From positions 2,232,001-2,296,000 of the forward strand of contig NEEC01000004.1 of assembly GCA_002189035.1 (NCBI GenBank): a DNA stretch of 64,000 bases. Direction: 5' to 3'. The translations under genes were made by a program, and so were the position numbers. This DNA is from Utricularia gibba. Taxonomy: Eukaryota > Plantae > Magnoliophyta. The stretch's first letter is position 1. Each line of letters opens with the position of its first letter. Below, one piece after another: positions 36,967-50,190 of the stretch. The notes beneath the pieces are model-generated. The model was not told where the DNA came from, made no database searches, and worked only from the letters and a program-made list of their open reading frames with translations.

Positions 36967-38589
36967 AACGTCAACCCCAAAAAAGGTAATAACACCAGCA
37001 AGAGACAAAATCCCCTCAAAGTGGCAACCTTGTTTACAAAGATTAATCAGATCAGAAAAGATTAAAACGCTGATTGAGAATTGTCCAGCACCCACAAACA
37101 CCAAAACGAGAAACCTTCAGATCGACATGTAGCTTCTGTCAGCGCCAAACAACCTCATAAGCCCAGATCAAAACTGAAAAGTTACAGCGACAAAACAGCC
37201 AGATTTCAAGTTTTAAGCAGATTGAAAGAAGTTCCAACACATAATAAAATGATGAAAAAAAGGAGTTGGTGGAAGACGAAATAAGAAACAGGGCAGTTGC
37301 GGGAATCAAAGATTCAGAGGGAGGAACATCTTCTGAAGGCTGGATAGCTGAAACGGGTGAGCAATAAATGAGTACCCGAGATGTACAATGAAATCAAGGG
37401 TTTTAATCCCATGAACTCGGTCAAAGTGGGATTCTCTTCCCTTCGTAAATAATCCAGATGGCAAGCTTTCTGATCCCGACAAATTTCAAGTTCTCTCGCT
37501 CGCAGTGTACAGTTCGACAATTTCTGCGGCAATCGCAGGTTGAGAATTTGACCGCCATAATAGCAATCTACTCCTCGTTCTTCATTCTTTTTCTTCTAAA
37601 CCCCTCATGTTTTCGTATTTTCTAATTTTCCCCTTTCATTAATCTTTTTATAAACGTCTAAATTTTTTATTTAAATAAATATTATATATTTTATTTGGAC
37701 TTTAAGCACGTGTTGTGAATATTTTACAAAATGCTACAAAGCTTTTACAATCATATTCTAAAACTCTTTTGCTAGGTAGTTTTTCTTAAACCAATGACAT
37801 TTAATTTTTTTCTCCATTTTTTTTATTTTTCTAAATCTTTTGAAATTTTTAGTTTCACTTATTCAAAAATTTAAATAGCTAATGTCTTTGATTGATATTT
37901 CACATTGAAAATCAATAATGCGAAACATGACATTCTACTATAAACAAAAAAGAATTAAAATTGAACAAAAAGATGCTACACTGAGAAAGCAATCCAATCA
38001 AGGTCGAACGAAGTGCTTTAGTTCTGTTAGGTTCTTAGTAATATGTTCATGGATAAAAATATGACAAAGCACAGTAAAATACCAACACTTGCAATAATCA
38101 ATCTTAAATTAAAAAAAAAGAATTTTTAATGTTTTTTCAGGTAAGATCGGCTTCACTAGAATTAAAGTAAACCTAATCAAAATTGAAATTAAATGTAAAT
38201 GAGTAATTTCAATTATTTTTTACAATCCCATTTGATTTTTATTATTAATTGCTATGAAATTATTAATTTAGACATATTTACCAAATATAATATTTTATTA
38301 GATATGCATTTGTTGTGAACCATACATTTTTCATTTTTAATAATATGAGGTACCTTTATTTATATGAGAATAATACAAATATATCATTAATTAAACTATT
38401 TAACAAAAGTATACAAAATGTTTCTAAAAATTATAAAGACTATCTTCATCACTTGGCGATTGGTCTCTATGTTATTAGCACATATTGCCATGTTACATGG
38501 TAAAAATGCAAGAAATGATTATTCTAAAAACAATAAAATTGAGAATGTTCATTTAAATTTTTGAGTGAAAATTCAATTAATTACAAGTG

Positions 38590-40270
38590 ATTAATTACTA
38601 AGAACAACACAGACTTCCTCATCAAGATATTCATATATTTGCATTTTACATTTAGTAAGTGATGAAGAGCCATTCGTTTGTAAGGTGAAGGTTAACTCTA
38701 TCACCCAAGACAAATCAGATATGTCACATTGCAATACTGACTTCAGAGGGTTGTCTACATGCTTACATATGTTATACATCATATTCTTTTATCCATTAAG
38801 GTTGTGTATAATAGAAAATAACTATATAGATTTAAGAGAATGGTAAATGTAATATCTATCTATAATATGGGTTGAGATTTCAAGGATATTGACATTTGAT
38901 ATCATTAGGAACTAATCAGTATTTTCAGTCTTGAACTCTCACCCACGACTTCAAGCATGTCCACTTCACAAAGTACCTAGTGTTCTTTTCAAATACTCAT
39001 CTCGTACCATAAATTAGGGTTAAATCTTTAGATTGGTACTCATCTAAAGTGACCCAATACTCTGAATAAATCATTGCTCCAAGCTAGCAGCCAGTATCAT
39101 GGCATTAGACTCGATTTTGTAATTCTTTCAGGATTCAACATTTTCTCTCTATTTATCAGTAAGTACTTATTGATAAAAAAAATAAATATTAGCAAGTGAT
39201 CTCATTTGTAGTGTTAATGACTCATCTAAGGTTGAGGTTGATGCAATAAAGGATGTGCTATTGTTAATGGAGACTGAGTTTTCTATATCTTGAAGACTTC
39301 CTTAATGAAGGTATCTCAACTTCAAGCTCATAATTTGACCAGTCATATAGGTTGACTATGTCTAACTCACTAGAGATGTCACTCATTGTGAACGAATTTG
39401 ATGATGAAATTAGGGTGTTGGACAACAAGCATTCCAATTCCAAAAATTGGTTTCATCAAACTTGATACTCATTGCCATGAGAAACTTCTAAGTGAGAGGA
39501 TTGTAAATTATGTAACTTTTATTTTCTTATGAATAACTAAAAAAGATTGTTACTATCCTTGGATCATCAAATTTTTTTTTTCTATCAGGAAACATTAGAT
39601 AGGTCATAGAATTGAATAACTTTCCATGTCTCATAATAGGTTGTGCCATTCGGTGCCTTGCATGGTAGACTATTTAAAAAATACATAATTGTGCCCACAG
39701 TTTCAGCCCAATAAGATTTGGAATTTTTTTTTTCCCAATAGCAAGCATTTCACCATGCTCATAATGCTTTTTTTTTTATTCAACTACCACATTTTGACAT
39801 TGATATCATTAGGAACTAAGGAGTGTTTTCAATCTTGAACCCTCACCCACCAACTTTAAGCATATCCACTTTACTACGTAGCTAATTGATACTAACCGAA
39901 CTGTAAACTAGTACTAAATCCTTTGTTTGGTACTCATTTGAAGTGACCCAACACTCAACTCTAAAGACATTACTAGGTATCAATTTGAACATTATCACCA
40001 GGTATTGACCCTAAAGCCATACTATGGTATCAAACCAAGAAGTAGCATTCATTACTCATGAGAAAAGCAATACACGGAGTTGACCTCAGCAAAGTGGGGA
40101 AAGATGTCATCTTAGTTGCACCCACCACAAAATGTGGGATCAATTATGTTTCAATGTGGTTGAAACTCATATGTTTACTAATGTAATTTTCTGTGAATGG
40201 ATTATGATTGATGATCAAACTACAACAATTCAAGTCAAGTGTAATATATATATGTACAAGATCATGGTGT
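38590..40270 (-). mobile_element. Scrambled Ty3/Gypsy remnants (protease-region and integrase fragments) interleaved with a Copia segment
   Basis: DLVLVYSS..LRSK, GEG.FKIE..PNDINV (integrase C-terminus) present twice, about 38880-39060 and 39790-39960; protease-like fragment 38590-38780. Confidence 0.45.
39070..39780 (-). mobile_element. Ty1/Copia integrase-to-RT-start remnant
   Basis: YWAETVGTIMYFLNSLPCKAPNGTTYYETW and LDPRIVTIF..YS..NKSYIIYNPLT.KF....KFDETNFWNW match Copia motifs FWAEAV.TA.YLLNRLP and LDPRS..CIF.GYS..K.YR.YNP. Confidence 0.7.
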
Positions 40271-40274
40271 AACA

Positions 40275-41248
40275 TGTTCAACGCATTAAAAGAAATTAGT
40301 AAAGCAAGCTATTACTCTATACAAATCATAAAAATTAATGTAGTGTGACAAACAAGAATCGAATACATAAGAAATGATTGTAATTTCTCGAAATTCTTTA
40401 CATTCACTAAAAACATGGGGATTTTCTAGTAGTTCAGTTCTTATGCGCGTAGAATATAAAATATCAAAAATTGAAGTAAACAAGTTGCATGGGCGAATGA
40501 GTACAAAAAATAATGGGAATGGATAAAAATGTAAATAGGAGGTAATTTGACTGGGTTTTACACCAATATCTCACTCTTGTGTCATTCAAGAGAGTCTATA
40601 AATTTAAACTCAATTTTATCACACCCAAAAACAGAGCAAAGAGTAGCATGAACAATAGGTATGATAAACTTAAGAATTAAAGATTGAGGAACTCAAATAT
40701 AAACAAGCTCTTAAGCTAAAATAAGGTCTACAGGAGGTCACAACCTAGCAGCAGAAACGTAACAAGGCATGGAAATGCAGAAAACACGGGAGCATGTCAA
40801 AGTCAGAAATAGAAAGCTAGAAAATGGAAATAAAAATGTTAAGCGGCTGTTGCAAGTTACAGATCTGCTGAATCTAGAGGTTTTGGGCAGAAATAAGGTT
40901 TGGAGACGTAAATCTAGAAGCTGCCTGAGCCGTTCTCTAGAGAACCACCATTCTTCTCGCTTCCTGCTCCTCTTGTTCACTTTACTCTCTCTTCTCCTTT
41001 CTCTTTTCTCTTTACACTCAAAGAAAGTCATTTCTATCTTTTCCTTGGATTACTAGAAGAAACATCTCTTATCCAAATCTTATATTTTCAGAGGATGTCT
41101 AATTTTGATTAAAAACCACTTTTGGATAGCTTTTCTACCTCTTTTGATTTGTCAATATGAAAAGTAGGGTGTCAATACTAACTCCTATCCCGTTAAAACT
41201 TAGATGCAGACTAAGAAAAAATATTAGAGTTTTCAAGTAAACCTAGCA
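40275..41248 (-). repeat. About 1-kb LTR-like dispersed repeat, copy 2 (TG..CA ends, no matching TSD)
   Basis: Starts TGTTCAACG at 40275 and ends CCTAGCA at 41248; homologous to 26703-27680. Confidence 0.6.
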
Positions 41249-42400
41249 TTATTTATCTTTCAAAATAGTAGATCTTAGTACAAAGTAATTTAGGAAGTTT
41301 AGGAAAATTAAAAAAATAATATAAAAATTAGTCGAGGTAGATATGGTTCTTCTGCTTGCAATATAGACAAGCATCTCCAACACTTTCGGCTTCAAAGTTG
41401 CTTTGCCTAGTCGATCCTCCATAGGTGACCTTAAATGCCCCTTCGCTGATTTCCTTGGTTTGTTACCTTTTTTTTCTCTCATTTCAGCACTCACAAGTGA
41501 CTCAATCAGCTGAGCTAGGTTCAATTTTTTAAGGCCTCTAGTGGACTCGATAGTAGTGATTATAGAAGCATAGGACCTTAGTAAGACCTTGACCATTTTT
41601 TCTTTGATTCTCCTGTCATCAACGTGTTCCCCAAGTTCTTGAGTTTCTTTACTATAGGTAGAACTATATCAGAGAAGCTGGCCACAAAGGCTTTTGGTTT
41701 GAGTTCCCGGTTATCAATAGTTCTCCATAGACTGGCAATTTCCATTTCTTGTTTTTCTTCAGTTATTGCATATTCTGCAGCAAGTTCTTCCAAAGCTTCT
41801 TTAGTTGTTTGACAAGTGATGATATAGCTGTGAGCCTCTCCTATGACGGCAGCATCCAAGATGCTTCTTGCAAATCATTCCATTTTTCCTCAGCAAAATC
41901 TGCATCTGTGAACTTTGGTGAGTCCTAAAAAGCATCCCACAATTTCTTTTGCTTGAAGTGGTTCATCATTTTCACTGCCCATGTAGTGTAACCTTTTTCG
42001 TCCAAGGTTGGTGGTGGAAGTGGGTTTGAAGTTTCCATTCAATCCGATTCTAGAGAAAAGGTTAATAATAAATTATTGAAAGTGTTTCTTACAAAGGATT
42101 TTGACTGATGAGAGGGTTTAGTGATACTAGAGCTGTCACTATGTAAGTTTTTATAGTTCCCTTGCTAGGAACCTGTGTGAGTGTGTAGTTCCCTAACTTG
42201 GAACTTTGGTGTAACAAAGTTTGAATGTTTTGAGCTAGTCTTTCTGTATTTCAGAAAAACCCTCATCCTTTACAAAGTGAGGAGAGACACATATTTATAG
42301 GGGTGTGGTAATGATAAGAAAGGTAGTTATTAAAACATTGGACTTGGTGCTATACCGTTCTTCCATTGCTTTGAGTCTTGCTGTTGGACTGTTGCTTGGC
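41249..42400 (-). mobile_element. Ty1/Copia 5' portion: LTR remnant, degenerate tRNA-Met PBS, gag (UBN2) and zinc knuckle
   Basis: METSNPLPPPTLDEKGYTTWAVKM..DDRRIKEKMVKVLLRSYASIITTIESTRGLKKLNLAQLIESL, CLYCKQKNH; PBS-like TAGTATCA at 42129-42122; TATA-like CCCTATAAATAT near 42291-42302. Confidence 0.75.
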
Positions 42401-43946
42401 TCATCAAGGTAGGAGCTTTAAGTCCAAGGACATCTTGATCTAAGTTCATTGTCTTCTTCGCGCGACAATCCTTCCAGATCTATTTCATCAAACTCACACG
42501 GTTTCGTCAGATGTTCAAGAATCGCTTCATCATCTTTCAGCAAATGGGACATCGTCTGGTTTTATTGAGTGCTTTGAAACCAATATGGTTGAACAAAAAG
42601 AGTGTAATTGGTGGTTTGGAGCAACGTGTTACTGACATTCTTCCAAACGTGAATGTAACAAGTTTTGATATGTTATGATCCTTTTGGGTATTGTCATGTG
42701 GGCAAACACAAAGATTTTATAATTAGTAAAAAGTGTGAATAAAAAAAAAAGAGCTATATATAAATATTTATTGGGAACTAATTTTATAATTTTACCAAAT
42801 AATGGGAATCAGTAGGCCGGGTGCATACGAATATTCCGCAGACACATCAGTTATAATTTTTTTAATGAATAAATCAAATGTGCTGTGGAATCCATTCTCA
42901 CGAACGCAGGTTCGTTATTTAGTTTCCCTTTCGGTGGTGGCCTCTCCCCACATAAGAGATTACAAGCAATCGGTTTTTTTTTTTTTTTTTTTTTTACTTT
43001 TAAAGCTTATTGAGAGTAAATTAAGAGAAGTAAAAGTAATAAATTGAATCAATTGAACAAGGTGTAAAATGTAAATTAATAAATAAAACTTGCACAAGAT
43101 TAACACGCTTTTATCGAGTGCCGGGATCGCGGCAAAATGGCTAATCCCCATATCACAGCTCTGACTTCAACATGGTGATTAGGACGACGTTTGGCACACG
43201 ACATCCATGCATTCTCTTCACAGAACACACACACATACACACACAAGTGTATGATGTTATAGGATCCAGGCATGAATGGACACCGCTTGCCATGCCGTTG
43301 AAGGCCTCATGTGGAAAAGGATGGCTGGTTAACACTCTAATCGTGGCATGAAGCAATTAAGAGACACCCTTCTGTTGGGAGTACCGCTACTTCTTCCCGT
43401 CGATCAAAAAGGTGTCATTAATATTTGATGCTGAATCTATCTAGTTGCTGCCCAGACGTATGTGCTGCTCACGGAAAAGGGGGCTCATATTTAGGCTGTC
43501 AGTTCCCCAGTTTCATCAAATTCAGGAAAAAAAAAAAGAGTGTGTAATTAATCTTCGAATCAGATTCTGTTTCCCTGGATTCAATTTCTAGAAAGGGGTT
43601 TTTGATGGGGAAGATCCCCTGTAACAAACTAATATGTTGAAATTTAGGACGTTTCCACAACAAATCAATTGTCTGAATTTCTGTCTCTTCCTGATCTAGT
43701 TTCATCTTCTTGTTAAAGTGGTAAAAGAGCACCAGTAAAACCGTGGCATGGTTGGGGTAAAAATCATGACAAGCGTAAAACAAAAAGGAAAAAAAAAACC
43801 CTGGTTTTATATCTCCAACTTAATCCACTGGTCAAAAGGTCTGGCGAGGGGCGTTTTTTCTACTTGTTAAAAGGTCTTCGATATTCAATGCATGCAATCT
43901 TCCACAAGCAACTCAACACACATAACCGCTTCTTGATTCTCTCCTC

Positions 43947-46502
43947 ATGTCGTCGCCGTCTCTGAAACTTCTTATCGTCGTCGCCTTCGCCTTCCTTTTC
44001 ATGCCCGGCGCTGCTCCTTTCCGTCGACACTATCGTTTTGTGGTTAGATTTCTACCTCCTTTTCCGCGTTCTTCTTCTTCGAATGTGAGATATTGAGGTT
44101 AGATCTTGGATCTTACGAGTAGCTTCTGACTGGTGGATGGTGGGAGCTGGTCATTCCTTTTCGTGCAGTCGTTATTGCTCAATCTTGAACAGTGCAAGCA
44201 TTCATAAACTGATAGAGCTTCATTGTAACTAGCATTGCAATGATATGAAACTGCAAGTCTCCTCGTAAACACCCAATAACTTTTCTCCAAATGTGCATTC
44301 ATGGAACTGTGTCGACGAGCATATAAATTTTAACCAACATTTTTTTAGGGAAAAAAGACTACTTTTTTTTCATAATAAATGAACTTTTTCCGAAAAGACT
44401 AAAGTCTCCAGTGTATTCATTACGTATTGTGCGACTCAGGTGCGGGAAGCAACCTACATAAGGTTATGTGAGAGCAAGAAAATCTTGACAGTGAACGGCA
44501 AGTTTCCGGGGCCAGCGATAAAAGCCTACAAAGGGGAGACAGTAACCGTCGATGTTCACAACAAGGGAAACTACAACATCACAATCCATTGGTAAGAGAG
44601 TTAACACCAGGAGCAAGCCGCAAGCTAAGTTACTCATATACTTTCTGTCGTCATCACGGAGCAGGCATGGAGTGAAGATGCCAAGAAACCCATGGTCCGA
44701 TGGGCCGGAGTACGTGACACAGTGTCCGATCAAACCCGGCGGAAGGTTCCGGCAGACGGTGATATTTGCAAAGGAGGTGGGAACTCTGTGGTGGCATTCT
44801 CACTCTGAGTGGTTCCGGGCAACCGTCCATGGACCCATTTTTGTCTACCCTAAACCCGGATCCGAATACCCTTTCCCAAGGCCCATGGGAGAAATCCCCA
44901 TAATTTTAGGTAACAATATTTTCTCGATATATGTTTATTTTTAAATTAAATTATCGTTTTTCTTTGTCAAGGCCAATGGTGGAGAGACAACATCACGGAG
45001 GTGCTGCAGCAGTTGACGGCCACCGGCGGCCAGCCAATGATCTCCGACGCCTATACCGTTAATGGCCAGCCAGGCGATCTCTACCCATGTTCGCAAAATG
45101 GTATCATTATTGTTTATCACAAGCAAAATGGTATTCATACATAATTATAGAAAATAGTTAAAATGGTATAATAATTGGGTTTAAACTTGATTTAACTCCA
45201 AATTGAACTCATCAGTTTAAAATAATGTTGCAATCAACCAAGTTTGAAAATTATTTTGTAACAGATTATATATAAGGATCAATTTTTAAAAACGTATTTA
45301 CTTTTACGTAATAATTGCTTTTTATGACGTAGGTACATTCAAGGCCGTGGTAGCGAGAGGAGGGACGTATCTGTTGAGGATAATAAATGCTGATATGAAT
45401 GAAATTTTGTTTTTTGGAGTTGACAAACATGCCCTCACCACCGTCGCAACAGACGCGCACTACTCGAAGCCCTTGACCAGGGAATACGTCGTCATTGGGC
45501 CCGGCCAGACCCTTGATTGCCTCCTCCATGCCGATCAACCGCCGGCGAGCTACTACATGGCGGCGTCGCCGTACGTCGACAACAGGGGAATTAGATTCAG
45601 CAACACCACCACCACTGCGATCTTGCAATACGATGGCGTTTCTACTCTTCCGGCGCTGATGGATTTACCGTCGTTTCCCAGCTATAACGACACTCTCGCC
45701 GCCACGAACTTCAGTTACAGCCTCCGAGGTCTGAACTCCAAAGAGCATCCAACGGAAGTTCCGCGGAAGATTAACCGGAGGATAATTTCCACGATTGCAA
45801 TCAACGCGCAGCCGTGTACGACGGCGAATCCCAATCAGACATGCCAAGGGCCGAACGGGACACGATTGGCCGCCTCTATGAACAACATTAGCTACGTGGG
45901 TCCACGAATCGACATTCTGGAGGCTTATTTCTATAAAATACCTGGAGTATTTCACAGGAGCTTTCCGAATAGGCCCCCGTTCGCGTTCAATTACACGGCG
46001 GATGTCCTCCCGTTGGATCTGGAGGTTGCGAGGTCCGGAACGAAGGTGAAGGTGTTGAAATACAACTCCTCCGTCGAGTTAGTTTTCCAGAATACCAACA
46101 TCATCGGTGGAAGCGATCATCCAATGCATCTTCATGGGCTCAATTTCTTCATCGTGGGTTGGGGATTCGGTAACTTTGATGAAGAAAATGACCCTGGAAA
46201 CTACAATCTTGATGATCCTCTAGAACGAAGCACCATCATTGTCCCCAGGGGTGGTTGGACTGCTATCAGGTTCACAGCCATCAATCCAGGTACTCGATTG
46301 GTAATCAATCCTGCATACATTTTGGAAGAAATTGTGCTGCATGGGCATGAACTTTGGCGGTGACAACACAGGTGTTTGGTTTCTGCACTGTCATTTTGAG
46401 CATCATTTGACATGGGGGATGGAGACGGTGTTCATTGTCGCCGATGGAAGCCGGCCGGAGGAGCGGATGCTGCCGCCGCCGCCGGATATGCCACCCTGTT
46501 GA
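43947..46502 (+). CDS. Laccase (LAC14/LAC15-like clade), 569 aa, 6 exons (43947-44042, 44440-44591, 44665-44909, 44972-45100, 45333-46289, 46372-46502)
   Basis: Signal peptide; Cu motifs [28 protein letters not shown]; exon sizes 152/245/129/957/131 typical of plant laccases; ends PPPPDMPPC*. Confidence 0.95.
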
Positions 46503-47625
46503 ACAGCGAGATAATAAAACTATGAGGTCCGCTCGGCAATTCTCGAAAAACACTACCTATCCAAGTCACATGATGATGTTGGAAGGATAATATCTGTAAT
46601 TGGGAGTGCCAGTTTAAAAACTACAAATTCATCAAAAAATAGATCTAAAGTCGATTAATCTATAATTTTATATTTTAAATTTGCTTTCATTTTGAAAAAA
46701 AATATACCTAACTCATAAATAAATGAAATGAAAATATACAATGGATTTCGAGATCCAACATAATAAACTTGTGTTTATAGTATGTTAGGTTACTTTATTT
46801 TTAGATTTCAAATTCAGTTTTGATTCTTAATTAATGCAATATTAATACAATATGAAAGATACTAAATTAAAAAACAATGTAATAAATACCAAAAATTAAA
46901 TTTATCATGTTAAAATATTGATCCATAAAAAATTACAGGAAATGATAGTTAGATGTGTAATTTCAAAACTTGAAAGTATTTTCTAATCTGAGATTGTTTA
47001 CATCTATCTTGCATTTCTTTATGATTTTTCAATTTTCAATCCAATTAAGTATCCTAAATCATTTTTATATTTGACTTTATTATTTTGAAGAAGATAGAGT
47101 TAGGTATATCTGATTATATTTAACTCTATTCAAGAAAATTGAGCTATAACCCATATTTTGACTTTTTTTTTTTACTTCCAAAATGTGTATTCCCCTTTCC
47201 CTTCTCTATCTATATTATAATTATTGAGAAAAGAATTGCATAACCACTCATCACCGTTGGACCCTAAGTTAAACTACCACATTTTTCTCCTTCCTTCCCA
47301 AGGCATAAAATGAAATCTAATCACTTAAGTAAAAAAGAAATATTCTAAACTAAAAATATAAGCATGCTCATAATTAATGTCAAGACCATAAGAAATAATG
47401 TGTAGATAGTCAAGTTGGAATTTGGGACATGAAATTGAAATCAATTTAATCCCTTTTTTGGGTACTATTCATAGTTAGAAACAATAATATCATGTCAACT
47501 CCAAGTGGTTTGTTTTATTTTATTTTATGTTTGCATCTGAAATGGCTCTTCTCGTCTCCTCTGATGTTATTCCTTTCTAGTTTTTTTTTTCTCTTTTTTA
47601 CTCTTTTTCTTAGTTGGTGATATTA

Positions 47626-47642
47626 GGGGCTCGTTTGATTGG
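47626..47642 (+). mobile_element. Left end of a Tourist-like MITE (TIR only)
   Basis: TTA followed by GGGGCTCGTTTGATTGG, similar to Tourist/PIF TIRs GGGCCNGTTTGG; matching right end not found. Confidence 0.35.
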
Positions 47643-48019
47643 ATGGATTGGATTTAGGTAGGTTTGACTTATTAAAGTATAGATTAATCGGGTTGACATG
47701 AAAACTTAAGTAATGTTCTAGAAAATTTTTTAACATTATTTTTACTTTTCAAAAAATAAAAAACAATTTCATTCTAAAACATTACCAATCATAAAAGTAA
47801 TTTTATGAAAAGTAATTTTCAAATTATACTACAAAAGTTATTTTTTAAAAAATAAGTAATGCTCTACTTTTACATCTATTTTTTGGTTTGAAAATAATTC
47901 TGCATCTATTTTTACAATTTTTTTTAAAACACTTACAATTTCTTTCTATTTCTATCAATTATTTTTATTTCTTTAAAATAAATTTGTAAAAATAGAAATA
48001 AACTCTAATTTTTTTTTTG

Positions 48020-49790
48020 TGCGTAGCTTTAGTTGGTCGATAAATGTAGGTTGGGTTATTTGCATTTGGTTAGAATATTTTGGTAATTGATTTTTTTTGT
48101 TTTGTTTTACGAAATCGTGATAGTTGTATTCGGTGTAATTTCATCTTTCATTGAAAAACAACTCATTGCATTCGACACCCATATTATGTTTTTGTGTTTT
48201 ACAAGTTTTAAAAATATTAAAATTTGTTGTGGAAACGACATGCATAAAATTTTTGGCATCGTTGCCGGGGAGTTGAAATTTTTTGTGTTTGATGTTGTGC
48301 GTGTGAGTTTTGTTTTTGTTTTTCTTTTCGGTTTTTCCTTTTTATGCAGCCAAGTCCACCAAGGGTTCATCCAAACCTTAAATCTTACTGAGAAGTTCTA
48401 TATCCTTTGGACCAAGAGATGGAACGAAACTTTCTTACTAAAAAGAGGGAGCAGACATCCTGTTGAACCTATGGAGACATCATGGCAGCACATGCACCCA
48501 TTGGAGTACCCATAGTGCCTGACACCCGGGGAGAACAACATCACGAAAACTTTCCAGTATTACCTCCCGCTAACTGTGGACCAGCACTACAGATCATCAA
48601 GGAAGAAATCATTGCAAATCATTCAGACCGTCCCTTATGCATCATCTTTAATGGAAAAGAAGACTATGAGCAACGTCCTTACTTATTCCAGACACTTCCA
48701 AAGTTTGCTGGAAGGGAAAATGACGACCCTAACCATCATCTACGTGAGTTGCACACAGCTTGTGCATCCATGCGCCCCAAGGGAGCTACGGAGAATCAAA
48801 TTAAACTTAGAGTATTTCCCTTCAGTCTTACCGAACGTGCTTTGGAGTGGCTCTATGGACTTCCACCTTCATCTATCGCCATATGGGAGCAGATGGTTCA
48901 AAAATTCTTGGATCGCTATGCACCACTAGGAAGAGCTTCAGCCGAAAGGAGAGCTCTGACTACCATGATGCAAAGTGAGGGAGAAACCTTGTAGGAGTAT
49001 TATGATCGTTTCAACTGAATCTGCAACTCCTACCCTCAACATGGACTCACTGAAGACCAGATCTTGCAGCACTTCTATGAAGTATTGACTCCTTTGATCC
49101 GAGGACAGATGGATGCCGCTTGTAATAGATCATTATTAGCGAACCGTCACAGTGCTGATGCCCGAAGACTTATTGAACAAATGGCTGCTAATTCCTATTC
49201 CACAGCATTATGATAACTCTTACAGACCACCCGATGGAAACATTGGAACAGTGAAAGCGGTCTATGGAGTGGACAACTCAGAAGTATTGGCTCAACTTGC
49301 AGCAATGAACGACATATTGAAGTTTGATCTTCAAGCCTTGCTTTAACAAAAGGAAGGGTATCAAGGAACGTCAAGTTCTATGCCATCTCATAGTGATCCA
49401 GGACCAAGAGTTCATGAAATGCTAGTGGAAGAAGTCAATGCTTTTTATCAGAACAAAGGAGGGACTTATAACTATGGAAATTATCAGATGCCTCGAAAAG
49501 ACCATCCTGGGTTTTGCTGGAAACAGCCAGCACCTCCTGGTCAAACACTATCATTAGGGAACCCACCTGGTATTCCTCAGAAGACTATCACTGGATCACC
49601 TCCACCATTGCAGATAACTGGACCTCCAGAACAACACATGGTCCCATACCAACCGAACCACAGTCTAGAGGCCATGGTCAAATCCCTTGCTGAAAGCACC
49701 TTCAAGATACATGCTGAGCAAAAGGACATGAAGGGCCAAATTACAAGTATACAAGGCCAGATTACTAGGACACAAAGCTCAAATTTTACG
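48020..49790 (+). mobile_element. Truncated Athila-like Gypsy element: LTR 3' part, PBS, gag
   Basis: LTR end ..GGAAACGACATGCATAA; PBS TGGCATCGTTGCCGGGGA 48254-48271 (Athila-type); gag LPKFAGRENDDPNHHLREL..IKLRVFPFSLTERALEWL..WEQMVQKFLDRY; stops from about 48992. Confidence 0.9.
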
Positions 49791-50190
49791 AGATGTCTAG
49801 TATTGTGAAAGTGAGATACTACAATGCTCCAATCAAGACTTTGAATGGTGCAGCATCTGCAAGAGTTTCACCCTTTATTGGAGGTGTGAACTTCGCTGCT
49901 TGGGGAGTTAGCGCCGACTTACAATCTCGTAGGCCAAATCTATTAAGAATAGATAAAACATTGTGAGCTTGTAAGAGATGAATGCCTTTTGTGTTTTGTA
50001 CAACTTGAACACACAAATTTATAAATTGTGACTATAATGATCCACACAAATTCTCCTAGCAAACTCTAAGGATAGTGACTCAATTAGTTTAGATGTCAAA
50101 CTAGAAGATGAACGAACTTGTTAAAGAAAAGGTGTAATAGAAGAGTTTTATTGAATTTAGAACCCATACAATGGAATACAAGAAATCAAG
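49770..50190 (-). mobile_element. Ty1/Copia reverse-transcriptase fragment abutting the Athila gag
   Basis: QNTKGIHLLQAHNVLSILNRFGLRDCKSALTP..LADAAPFKVLIGAL*YLTFTILDIS matches Copia RT Q...GIFLSQ.KY..DIL.RFGM.DCK...TP..Y..LVGSL.YLT.TRPDIS. Confidence 0.7.

Noticed and set aside
43140-43480. GC-richer patch upstream of the laccase as a possible miRNA hairpin or gene fragment
   Set aside because: No extended stem and no recognisable miRNA or protein motif in any frame
45378-45400. miR397 target site in the laccase (IINADMNE region)
   Set aside because: About 7 mismatches to the recalled miR397 complement; lack of a site is expected for the LAC14/15 clade
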